Shown: one piece after another, positions 1 to 8,935 of the stretch
Layout of the letters: each line of letters opens with the position of its first letter
How positions within the stretch are numbered: position 1 is the first letter of the stretch
Origin: Promethearchaeota archaeon
Lineage (GTDB): Archaea; Asgardarchaeota; Lokiarchaeia; Sigyniarchaeales; SOKP01
DNA: 64,000 bases
Assembly (NCBI GenBank): GCA_016840165.1
Contig: JAEOSU010000072.1
Span: 64,001 to 128,000 of the forward strand
Direction of reading: 5' to 3'
Notes under the pieces: model-generated
What the model was told of the DNA's origin: nothing
What the model saw: the letters and a program-made list of their open reading frames with translations, nothing else
Database searches by the model: none
Made by a program: the position numbers and the translations under genes

Positions 1-1
1 A

Positions 2-742
2 CAGATTCATAATAAGATTTCTCAATTATCGCATGGAAATATTAAATCTGTCTATTTTAATAGTGCATCTGGGGATCTGAATCCAATAACTACCTTCAAA
101 GCAGTAGGTGTTGAGAAAGAAATTGATAAAGATGCTGTTTATGACCAATTGGGAACATATGATGATACGAAAGAAATCGGTTATAAAATCGCCCAAGCTG
201 CTTTAGAATTAGCTTACTCAATCCCAGATCATGAATACTGTGAATTCCATGGGCTTGAAATCGTCTCTAAAGAGTTTTGGATTCCTATGAGAGATGTTAA
301 GTATTTTTCAAGTAAATGGTTTCTTAATAAATTGGTTTTTGTTATTAAAAAGCTATTTTTAATTAATATCGCAAAATATCAAATGTTACGAGCGAATTTT
401 CCTATTTTCGCACTACATTATCGATTTGGTAAGTATAAATGCAAGACATTTATTCAGTACCTTGAACTTAACACTGGTCCAGAGAAGCAAGAGAAAGTTT
501 TTAGTATAATAACTGTTCCTGGAGAGCTTTTCTTCGCTCTTGGAGAGAAATTATTACAGGCATCTCCCTCTGGTCTTAATAACACATTAATCTTTCAAAA
601 TACGCAAGATTGGATAGCGTATTTATTCTCCTTAAGGGAATATATAGAAGAGGGTGGCTATGAAGTGACACCCAGTTTTAGTCCTGTGTGTGGATACTAC
701 GTACAAAAAGAGATCTTAAGATTAATGAATAAAATATCCTGA
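2..742 (+). CDS. Neutral/alkaline ceramidase-like protein, C-terminal part (5'-truncated by window edge)
   Basis: Frame is open from position 2 (QIHNKISQ...YFNSASGDLNP) into the listed ORF. The GDxxP, TVPGE and GGYE motifs are typical of the ceramidase_alk-like family. Confidence 0.65.
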   Translation, partial: QIHNKISQLSHGNIKSVYFNSASGDLNPITTFKAVGVEKEIDKDAVYDQLGTYDDTKEIGYKIAQAALELAYSIPDHEYCEFHGLEIVSKEFWIPMRDVKYFSSKWFLNKLVFVIKKLFLINIAKYQMLRANFPIFALHYRFGKYKCKTFIQYLELNTGPEKQEKVFSIITVPGELFFALGEKLLQASPSGLNNTLIFQNTQDWIAYLFSLREYIEEGGYEVTPSFSPVCGYYVQKEILRLMNKIS

Positions 743-746
743 TTAT

Positions 747-893
747 TCATTCAAATAATGCTTCTTCATTATGCTTAATTCTAGAATTATAAGTGATTAA
801 TTGTATTTCATTACTCGGTCTATCACTTTTTTTACCAAAAATTACACTTCCATCTTCCGTAGAATTGCCCAAGGCTATTAATGTATCGCACAC
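747..893 (-). pseudogene. Truncated 48-codon paralogous fragment of the C69/secernin peptidase N-terminus
   Basis: Manual translation MCDTLIALGNSTEDGSVIFGKKSDRPSNEIQLITYNSRIKHNEEALFE* (GTG start directly after the stop of 894..2096) aligns without gaps to MCDTYVSLSETSRDGSVIFGKNSDRLESETQLITYIPRK of the neighbour. Confidence 0.85.
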
Positions 894-2096
894 TCAACCT
901 ATCATCTCTTCTGCTTTTTTCCATGCATAATGATTGATTTCAGTGATTTTTTCAATGAATTCCTTTTTAGATAAATTATCCTCTTGCTTGTATACTTTAT
1001 AAACCTTTTCTATTAACTCTCGTTCAATCGTTCTTAGTTTTTGATAATAAATATTTCTCTCAGCAATTTCAATTTTTGGTCTTTTTTTAAAAGATTGAAT
1101 AAATTTAGCATGTCTATTCCAAAACCAGTCCGGATTTATATCTTCATAAGGTCCCGATTTTTTTACAATTTGATTTTCAGCAGGAAATACATAAGGTTTA
1201 AAAATACCAAGGCATGGTATAGTATTTCCTGTGAACCAATGAATTGAGTTTTTATTATCTCTCAAATGAGAGACTTGAGACCCAACTGATTGATCTGTAC
1301 GACGATGCATACATATTCCAACTTCATGCTCTCTTAAAAATTCCATAATTAAGGAAGGTGTGATCATGCCTTTATTTGTGGATAGCTGATTTAATGAACA
1401 ACCATCTCTATCCGTTATTGAAAATACTTCTGGTAATGGAGATGGGGAAAAAATTATTTTAAAATCAAAATCATCATCATCTTTGCAATATCCTTGGTCT
1501 ATTGCATGTTGGATTATTCCCTTTCTTCTTGAATCTCCTTTTCCTCTGATTGAAATACGATTTGAAATTGAACGATAGGATTTTATTCTCTCTAAAATCC
1601 ACCATTCACCAGCAGTCTCTAAAACATAAGCCTCCTTAGGATCTGCAATAATATAGGAATTATGATAATTTATACCTTTTAAATTATGGATGCCTCCTTG
1701 GCCATACTTTTCTAATAATTTAGTAATAATATCTAATGCTTCCTTAGCATTTTTTCCCCTTTCTAAGCCAAGTCTTAGAAGATCCATTCCTAAAAGACCC
1801 GTTTCATTTAAAGGTTCTTTAGTCTGTACAGATTCGTTGCCTATTACTACACCACATTCATTTGCTCCCATTTCAGCACCCCACATCCACCAGGGTTGAC
1901 TTAAAAGGACTGCATAAGTTTCTTTTATTTGAGGAATAGTAATATGGGTACACTTTAATTTCTCATCTTGAGAATAATTTTTTCTTGGAATATATGTAAT
2001 TAGTTGGGTTTCTGATTCTAATCTATCACTATTTTTACCAAAGATTACAGATCCATCTCTCGATGTTTCAGATAAACTTACATAAGTATCACACAT
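894..2096 (-). CDS. C69 family dipeptidase / secernin-like Ntn-hydrolase
   Basis: N-terminal MCDT nucleophile, FGKNSDR, WGAEMGANE, GMDLLRLGLER motifs. Confidence 0.92.
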   Translation of the reverse strand: MCDTYVSLSETSRDGSVIFGKNSDRLESETQLITYIPRKNYSQDEKLKCTHITIPQIKETYAVLLSQPWWMWGAEMGANECGVVIGNESVQTKEPLNETGLLGMDLLRLGLERGKNAKEALDIITKLLEKYGQGGIHNLKGINYHNSYIIADPKEAYVLETAGEWWILERIKSYRSISNRISIRGKGDSRRKGIIQHAIDQGYCKDDDDFDFKIIFSPSPLPEVFSITDRDGCSLNQLSTNKGMITPSLIMEFLREHEVGICMHRRTDQSVGSQVSHLRDNKNSIHWFTGNTIPCLGIFKPYVFPAENQIVKKSGPYEDINPDWFWNRHAKFIQSFKKRPKIEIAERNIYYQKLRTIERELIEKVYKVYKQEDNLSKKEFIEKITEINHYAWKKAEEMIG

Positions 2097-2307
2097 AATA
2101 TATTCATTTAGTTTTTAAAATATCTAAATTAAAAAAAGAAAGATTTTTAAAAAATTTTGATAATATAAATTCATTTCTCTTAGAATATCTTTTTTTTCTG
2201 AAACTATATCGAACAAATAGACTTTATAATTAACTTTTAATAACAATATTATTTTAAAATTTTAGTTAAATAATAATTATTGATTGATTTACTAGAACGA
2301 AAATATA

Positions 2308-4098
2308 TTGAGTAATCAGAGAAAAAAAATTTGGATTTTTACATTTGAATTTGCAGGGGTAGCGAAGGTTGGAGGCCTAGGAGAAGTACCAGCAAATCAA
2401 GCAAAATATATTAGTGATCTTTATGATATAACTATTTTTATGCCTTCTCATGGTCAAGTAGAGAAACTAAAAGGTCTATACGAATGGAAAAAGTATCCAT
2501 TTAATTGTGTTGGTCAGATCAACACTGAAAAAATCGATCTTGCGATGTCCGAAAGAAGTTATAATATTTCATTTTATGAGTTTCATATTGGAAGAGCTAA
2601 AGTTATCTTACTTTCAGGAGAAAATGATTTTACTCGACATTTTTTAGATAATAGTACAATTTATAGTCCGGATACTTTTAAAGGAAAAATTTGTTTTTTT
2701 AGCCTCGGAGTGCGTTGTTTAGTTCAATATTTGATTGATAATGATATAAGTAGGCTACCTCAAGTTGTGCATCTTCATGATTATCACGTAGTATTTTCAT
2801 TTATTAATATGAAGCAAGTATTAATTGAGAATGGTTTAGACGTAGCTTCGATTATCACTATCCATCTCCTTACATATCCACGATTTGAATTAAGCTATTT
2901 TTATGTTTGTGGTATTGATGATTCTCCGATAAGCGCTCTCCTAAAAGATGGAGTTAAATTGCTTACTCTCGAAGAGATCTTCAAAATTGGATCAGATAAT
3001 GGGGATATACCTACTGTAGAGAAAGTAGGTGCGATTATTTCTGATATAGTAACAACTGTAAGCCAATCCTACCTTATTTCAGATGTTATTCCTAATTGCG
3101 GGAAAGACCTTATTGAATTCAAGGCTGATTTTATTTGGGATGGTTGCGACTGGGATTATTATGAAATTTTTGAAAATGTTATGGATAAACATGCTGATGA
3201 GATAAGACGAATACTAAAAATACCCGAAGATATCGCGCTCACGAGAAGTGATATGAAAAAATATTTATTAGAATACAAAATAGGTCATTTAAGTCAGAGT
3301 CCATTAATTCAATCCACCAAAGTACTTAAAACGATTAATGAGATTTCAAATGGAAATCCTTTTATTAAAAATGGCACTATTTTACCCTTTAATTCTTATG
3401 GGCCGTTATTAATCACGACGGGAAGAATTTCTCCTCAAAAAGGATTTGAAGTTATCCTACAAGCAATTCCAAAAGTAATCGAGAAAATCCCCGATATGAA
3501 ATTCCTCTTCTTAATTTTACCTACGGATTATAGCCTTAATGAAATAAAAGAATATGCAAGTTATGTAAAACAATACCCAGATAATTTGAGAATTATCTTT
3601 GGAGTAGCCTCCGATATTTTCTACCTTGCCCATCTAGCTGCAGATGTATATGGGGCGCTTTCAAGGTGGGAGCCATTTGGTATCATGGCTCTAGAAGCGA
3701 TGGCATCCAAATTACCGATAATCGCAACAACAGTAGGGGGTTTACAAGAAACCATAATCGATATCCGAAGTTATCCAAAGATTGGAACTGGTATATTAAT
3801 TGATAGAGATAACCCAGAACAGTTCGCAGACGGTGTAATATCCCTAATAAAAGCTGCTGAAGTAGCATATAAAAGAAAGGATATAATAGAACCTATCCCA
3901 ATAGACGAGAGAATGATGAATATTATCAATCAAATTCCTGATGCTGTAATCAAATCAAATGTATTAATAAATCCGACATTTTATCATGACATCAAAGAAA
4001 ATTGTTATAGACGGGTCAAAGAGAATTTTTCATGGAAAATGGTCTCTAAAAAATTAGTAGAATTATATTTAAAGTTGTTTAAAAGAGAACTAATATAA
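2308..4098 (+). CDS. glgA: Glycogen/starch synthase (GT5)
   Basis: KVGGLG motif, HLHDYH, GRISPQKG, SRWEPFGIMALEAMA. Confidence 0.9.
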   Translation: MSNQRKKIWIFTFEFAGVAKVGGLGEVPANQAKYISDLYDITIFMPSHGQVEKLKGLYEWKKYPFNCVGQINTEKIDLAMSERSYNISFYEFHIGRAKVILLSGENDFTRHFLDNSTIYSPDTFKGKICFFSLGVRCLVQYLIDNDISRLPQVVHLHDYHVVFSFINMKQVLIENGLDVASIITIHLLTYPRFELSYFYVCGIDDSPISALLKDGVKLLTLEEIFKIGSDNGDIPTVEKVGAIISDIVTTVSQSYLISDVIPNCGKDLIEFKADFIWDGCDWDYYEIFENVMDKHADEIRRILKIPEDIALTRSDMKKYLLEYKIGHLSQSPLIQSTKVLKTINEISNGNPFIKNGTILPFNSYGPLLITTGRISPQKGFEVILQAIPKVIEKIPDMKFLFLILPTDYSLNEIKEYASYVKQYPDNLRIIFGVASDIFYLAHLAADVYGALSRWEPFGIMALEAMASKLPIIATTVGGLQETIIDIRSYPKIGTGILIDRDNPEQFADGVISLIKAAEVAYKRKDIIEPIPIDERMMNIINQIPDAVIKSNVLINPTFYHDIKENCYRRVKENFSWKMVSKKLVELYLKLFKRELI

Positions 4099-4099
4099 T

Positions 4100-6085
4100 T
4101 TATGAATTTTCCTGCCAAAATTCGAAAAGTAAGTGAGTAATAATCCCTTTTCTGTCAGGTATAATCTGGATTTCATTTCTAATCCATTCCGAAATCCATC
4201 GATATTTTTGTTTGAAGCGGGAATCTAAAAAAACGATACTTCCTTTATCTTTAATTTTTCTAATCGGTCTTCCAGAAGCTTGATTAGCTCTCTGTATCGC
4301 AGGATAAAGATAGGCAAAATTCCATCCTTGCTTGTCAAAAACATCGTCATAGTAAGCAATCTTAGCGTCTACTCTAGGAGATGGCAAATGATATGGAAAA
4401 CCAGCTATTATAACGGAATTCATAGTATCCCCCGGGTAATCCTCTCCTTCTGAATTTCTTCCCCCACACACTCCTAATAAAACTGCGCCGTTATAAGGTT
4501 TTTTAGCATGTGACTTAAAATTTTCAACCAAAAAAGCATTTTCAGATGCAGATAATTCCGGATCTTCAAGAAAAAGTTGCTTATCATGCTTTCTGATAAT
4601 AGGTTCAATTCCATGTTCTAATAGAGCATCCAGTATTTTATAAGATGCACAAAAAATGCCAATATTAGCAGGAGTGGATTCAATTACCTCCTCTATTTTG
4701 GAAATCATTTTAAGATACATTTCTTTATTTCGGTTAGCTCGTCGAGTATCTACTCCCTCAGCGATCAACGCTTTAATATGGTCTTTATCAAAAGGAGAGT
4801 TTGCTATTATCCCTTTGAAAGGTTTGGAAGCATTTTTAATACCAATTAAATTGGCATAAACATATGGATTAGCTGTCCCTGAAAGATTGATACAACTATA
4901 GCATGTATTTAATACAGGGATTACTATCTCACGGGGATCTAGTGCAATAATATCAAGCGAAACACTAATTTTCCCTTTTTTTTCATGCAAATTATAAGAA
5001 AAGAAGTAATTTTTTTTGGTGCAATTTTCTATCCATTTTAATATGAAGTCTGCTAATGATCCTACGTAATCTCTGGCTATTTCTCCATTATCTACTCTCT
5101 GTTGATGTAAATAAGTCCCGAATTCTTTTAAATCTATTATAAAATTTTTAAATTCCGTCAAATCGGATTTTCCTAACTTACTAAACATCTTAGTAATGAA
5201 CTTTACAGGTTCGATCCCCTTTTCGGTTTGTTTCAAAGAAGTTTTGATATTATTCAGATGGTTCATAAGCATTCTAACAAAACTTTGCATTTCCTGCGAA
5301 GAACGATACATTTCTAAATCTCTTAAACATAATCGTAATAAATATGGAGTAATTCGGTCAGAATTTAGGTCTGTTGCAACATCAATAAGATTATGGCATT
5401 CATCAATCACTACGATACAGTTATACAACTCTTTCCCGATAAAATTCATAAAATTTTCTCGAATTTCAGGATTGAAAATCCACTGATAATTGCAGATGAT
5501 AACTTTCATCTCTTCGAGAAGGTATTTACTCAAAAAATAGGGGCACAGTTTTTTTTCTGAACAAAAATTAAGAAGATCTTCTGCGTCAATAGGTTGATTA
5601 AATAGTTCTGGAGCTAAAATTGTGAGCCGTTCATTTTGATCTTTTTTCTTTAGAAGATTTATAAAATAGCTACAATTATTATTTTTCCTTAAATCACCGC
5701 ATACTGCCATCGCCTCTTTTGGATCAAGTTTTAAGGAGAGCAATGTTTTATTTAAACACATTTCATTTCGGCCTCTTATCGATAACCCATTTACTCGGAC
5801 ATTCTCATTGTGATTTTCAAGAAAATTAGAGATTTTCCGTAGTTCCTTTATAATTCTGGTATTTTGCGAATGTGTTCTACACATATAAAGTATTTTCAAA
5901 TCGTTTTGAAGTATTAAGGGTAATAATGCGGATAAGGTGATAACTGTTTTTCCCGTTCCATTTGGGGCAACTAGCAATGTGATTTTTTTCTCTTTTGAAG
6001 CTAACTCTACTTGTTTAATAATCTCTTCTTGTTCTTCCCTAAATTCCTCATACGGAAAAAAATTCAAGTAATTAATTTTGTACAC
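4100..6085 (-). CDS. xpd: XPD/Rad3-family Fe-S DNA helicase
   Basis: Q motif, APNGTGKT Walker A, Fe-S cysteines (MCL, VCG, NCS, LCPY), DECHN, SEGxD, QASGRPIR motif VI. Confidence 0.92.
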   Translation of the reverse strand: MYKINYLNFFPYEEFREEQEEIIKQVELASKEKKITLLVAPNGTGKTVITLSALLPLILQNDLKILYMCRTHSQNTRIIKELRKISNFLENHNENVRVNGLSIRGRNEMCLNKTLLSLKLDPKEAMAVCGDLRKNNNCSYFINLLKKKDQNERLTILAPELFNQPIDAEDLLNFCSEKKLCPYFLSKYLLEEMKVIICNYQWIFNPEIRENFMNFIGKELYNCIVVIDECHNLIDVATDLNSDRITPYLLRLCLRDLEMYRSSQEMQSFVRMLMNHLNNIKTSLKQTEKGIEPVKFITKMFSKLGKSDLTEFKNFIIDLKEFGTYLHQQRVDNGEIARDYVGSLADFILKWIENCTKKNYFFSYNLHEKKGKISVSLDIIALDPREIVIPVLNTCYSCINLSGTANPYVYANLIGIKNASKPFKGIIANSPFDKDHIKALIAEGVDTRRANRNKEMYLKMISKIEEVIESTPANIGIFCASYKILDALLEHGIEPIIRKHDKQLFLEDPELSASENAFLVENFKSHAKKPYNGAVLLGVCGGRNSEGEDYPGDTMNSVIIAGFPYHLPSPRVDAKIAYYDDVFDKQGWNFAYLYPAIQRANQASGRPIRKIKDKGSIVFLDSRFKQKYRWISEWIRNEIQIIPDRKGIITHLLFEFWQENS

Positions 6086-6180
6086 CAGTGATAATTATTA
6101 TGTAGTATTGAAGGATGAGTTAACATTTATATTAGCATAGAGTATAAAAGTTTAATTATTAAGGACATTTAAATAAAAAA

Positions 6181-7059
6181 ATGAGTGAAAAGAATTCTGA
6201 TCAGCCAGAATTACTCTTACGAGAAGTATTAAATGAAACAATTTTACGAGATGTATTGCTTTTTATCCTTCTATACTTATTTATGTTAGCACAAAATTGG
6301 GATAATTTATTGCTTCTTTTATTTCCAATTATCACTTTTTGTTTTGCGCTCTTTTTTCGTATTATTGGTACTAATAAACATAGATTAATTGATGAGCAAA
6401 ACCTAATTTCTTATAATCCTCTTGGAGCAGAAAAAAAAAATGCTGATCGATTAATCTTTATATCACTTCTAGAACTTATTTTGCTTTTTTGGATTGGCGC
6501 AGAATCATTATATCATCCTCAGCTAGTGGATGATTTTGGTTTTTATTTTAGTCTAATTTACTTTATGCTTTATTCATTCGGATTTTTCTGGATTTTTTTT
6601 GGTATCTGGAATAATTGTAAAATTATAACTAATTTGAATGGTTTGGAAAATAATGAATCAGGATATAAAAAATTGTTAATATCAGAGCTAGGATTTAATA
6701 AAATTAAATTAATTAGCTATCTTAATATTTTAATTTTTATTGCTTTTAATCTCATAAATACTATTTTAACCATATTGGTTTTTTTTGGAGCAGAAATAGG
6801 ATTTCCCTCCAACCTTCCTGGTTCGGGTATAGAAGATTCGCAACCATTATTCCTATCCTATAGTGTTTGGATAATGTTAATTGCTTTTCCTATTGCGAGT
6901 ATTTTCTATCTAATTTCAATTTATAGAGATGTAAATAGCTTTTCTGAAATAGAATTAAAATCAAAAATTAACTCTCTACCCAAGGAAATTCAAGAGAAAA
7001 TCATAAATAGCCTTAAAGCCATAAACCAAAAACTAAATAAGAATTCCACTGAAGAATAA
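6181..7059 (+). CDS. Multi-pass membrane protein of unknown function
   Basis: 292-aa ORF with about six hydrophobic segments. Confidence 0.8.
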   Translation: MSEKNSDQPELLLREVLNETILRDVLLFILLYLFMLAQNWDNLLLLLFPIITFCFALFFRIIGTNKHRLIDEQNLISYNPLGAEKKNADRLIFISLLELILLFWIGAESLYHPQLVDDFGFYFSLIYFMLYSFGFFWIFFGIWNNCKIITNLNGLENNESGYKKLLISELGFNKIKLISYLNILIFIAFNLINTILTILVFFGAEIGFPSNLPGSGIEDSQPLFLSYSVWIMLIAFPIASIFYLISIYRDVNSFSEIELKSKINSLPKEIQEKIINSLKAINQKLNKNSTEE

Positions 7060-7118
7060 GAAAAAACGTAAAATAACGTAAACGTTTAAATAAAAAAATA
7101 AAAATAAACGTAGGATCT

Positions 7119-7214
7119 ATGAAAAAATATGTAAAGATCATATTATTTTTCTATTTAGTAATGGGCATTTTTCTTGGAATAAACATAAAAATGTATGATA
7201 GAATTATTGAGTAA
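7119..7214 (+). CDS. Putative 31-aa single-pass membrane microprotein
   Basis: ATG..TAA ORF MKKYVKIILFFYLVMGIFLGINIKMYDRIIE preceded by AGGA. Could be chance in AT-rich DNA. Confidence 0.25.
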   Translation: MKKYVKIILFFYLVMGIFLGINIKMYDRIIE

Positions 7215-7276
7215 TAAAAATTTATTAAAACTAAACCTATATCTATATTATTTATTGGAGTAAGATTCGAAGGGAC

Positions 7277-7804
7277 ATGGAACAAAGAAAGAAATTTCTA
7301 TTCAAAATAGTAGTTGTCGGAGATGGAGGGATAGGGAAGAGCACTATGATTCAGCGGCTTTTAACGGGAAAATATATTGCTCAGAAGATCACAATTGGAA
7401 CAGATCTCGCCAGTTATAGTGTAAAATTCGAGAATATCGATGTGAGGTTACAGATATGGGATTTTGCTGGTGAGAAAAGGTTCCGCTTTTTTCTCCCGAA
7501 TTATTCACGTGGTGCTCATGGATGTCTTTTATGTTACGATCTTACACGATATTCTAGTTTTGAACATCTACCCGAATGGTATAATATCGTTCATGATAAT
7601 AGCAATCCTATTTTTGTTCTTATTGGGGAAAAATATGATCTTGCTGAGATAAAACGTACGGTTTCTCGAAAAGATGCTGAAGAGTTTCAAAAAGAATACG
7701 ATATTCCTTACTTCTATGAGACTTCAAGTAAATCAGGATTTAATAATAATATAATTTTTGAAAAACTTACTAAAACCATTTTAGAGAAAAAAGATCTGTT
7801 ATAG
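7277..7804 (+). CDS. Rab-like small GTPase (Ras superfamily)
   Basis: G1 GDGGIGKS, G2 TIG, G3 WDFAG, RFRF..NYSRGA Rab-like segment, G4 EKYD, G5 ETSSK. Confidence 0.93.
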   Translation: MEQRKKFLFKIVVVGDGGIGKSTMIQRLLTGKYIAQKITIGTDLASYSVKFENIDVRLQIWDFAGEKRFRFFLPNYSRGAHGCLLCYDLTRYSSFEHLPEWYNIVHDNSNPIFVLIGEKYDLAEIKRTVSRKDAEEFQKEYDIPYFYETSSKSGFNNNIIFEKLTKTILEKKDLL

Positions 7805-7869
7805 TCTGTATATTAAGGGTAAGAATCCTAAAACAATCAATTTGGAAAAAAAGAATAAGAAATTTAGAT

Positions 7870-8811
7870 TTATTCTAAAATATCTTTTAATTCGTCAACA
7901 TTTAGTTTTAGATACTTTGCGGTTACTAGATCTTTTCCGAGGAGATTGAGGAAATTTTTCCTTCTCTTCTTATTGAGAAATTTTTTCATCTCACTTAAAT
8001 CTGGTTCTTTATTTGTGATCTCAAGTAATTTGCCTTTTACAGCAGCATCTAATACTTTTTGACCTATATCAGTTCTAATGATTAAGAATGCTTCTCCTGA
8101 ACCTTTAGGAGCACCCCATGGGCTATAAGAGATATCTGAAAATTCACCAGAAAAATCAGTACAGTAAGAGCATCCCGTCATCCCTCCAGAAGAGCATGCA
8201 AAGCCGATCTTTAATGATGTTCTTTCCGCTCCTGTGTTAAAATCTGATACTAAGATTTTTGCTAACCCTTGAAGATGGCATGGATTTCCAATTATACCAA
8301 TGTCTCTTTTCCTGTCTAAGTATGCCTTTCCAATTCCAGTAATTAAGGGCCCCGCATTATCCATTGTTTTCTCGGGAATATAGTTCTTCGCATCTTTTGC
8401 ATTATCCACTACAACTGGAAAAGCAACTGGTGGTTTTTTGCTTTTAGGTTCGCTTAAAACAAAGTGTTTTACCACCCCAGAATTAAATGCTGCAACAACT
8501 AAATTATAGAGAATATTGTCTTTATTTTTAGATTTAACTTGTACAATATCCTTATAAACGCCTACACCTAAATCCACTCGAGTTTGCCCAAACATTTTTT
8601 GTTCAATTTCACTTACTGGTAAGAATGTTCGGGGGCATGCATTATAGCATAAACCTATTGTCTCTGCACATTCATCCACGACATAAGCCTCGCCTGTTTC
8701 TTGACTGAAGTCCATATGCGGACAAAAAGCATTGCAACTTCCACAATGTATGCATAGACCTGCATAAATTACCTCATTTTCGAGGTCTTGGCTTGATTTT
8801 TCAACTTTCAT
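7870..8811 (-). CDS. Coenzyme F420 hydrogenase/dehydrogenase beta-subunit (FrhB/FdhB)-like Fe-S protein, degenerate
   Basis: N-terminal CxxCxxCxxxCP and CYNACP, GNPCH, GCSYCTDF..E.SDIS, IIRTDIG. Confidence 0.82.
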   Translation of the reverse strand: MKVEKSSQDLENEVIYAGLCIHCGSCNAFCPHMDFSQETGEAYVVDECAETIGLCYNACPRTFLPVSEIEQKMFGQTRVDLGVGVYKDIVQVKSKNKDNILYNLVVAAFNSGVVKHFVLSEPKSKKPPVAFPVVVDNAKDAKNYIPEKTMDNAGPLITGIGKAYLDRKRDIGIIGNPCHLQGLAKILVSDFNTGAERTSLKIGFACSSGGMTGCSYCTDFSGEFSDISYSPWGAPKGSGEAFLIIRTDIGQKVLDAAVKGKLLEITNKEPDLSEMKKFLNKKRRKNFLNLLGKDLVTAKYLKLNVDELKDILE

Positions 8812-8875
8812 ATTTTTTTACTCAAAGATATTTTTTGAAATTATTAAGGAAAATCTACTATTGCAAATAAATTTA

Positions 8876-8891
8876 GTGTGAAATTTCACAC
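8876..8891. promoter_or_regulatory. Perfect 16-bp palindrome GTGTGAAATTTCACAC, candidate operator of the FrhB-like gene
   Basis: Exact inverted repeat about 65 bp upstream of the 8811 start, in an otherwise AT-rich spacer. Confidence 0.5.
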
Positions 8892-8935
8892 AGTCTTTTT
8901 TGTCAAGAAAAATATAGAAATAAATGAAAAAAAAT

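Noticed and set aside
747-749. TGA aligned to a conserved Cys in the C69 fragment, suggesting selenocysteine readthrough
   Set aside because: Sequence after the TGA (IIRIFYSL...) has no similarity to the paralogue and is simply the antisense of the ceramidase gene; no SECIS recognised.
6181-7059. Membrane ORFs (6181, 42850, 51807) as APH-1/PEN-2-like gamma-secretase partners
   Set aside because: No recognisable motifs and not adjacent to the presenilin; cannot be supported without structure searches.
7061-7112. Short repeats as a possible CRISPR or mini-array
   Set aside because: Units are only 6 bp with irregular spacing; no repeat-spacer structure and no cas genes.
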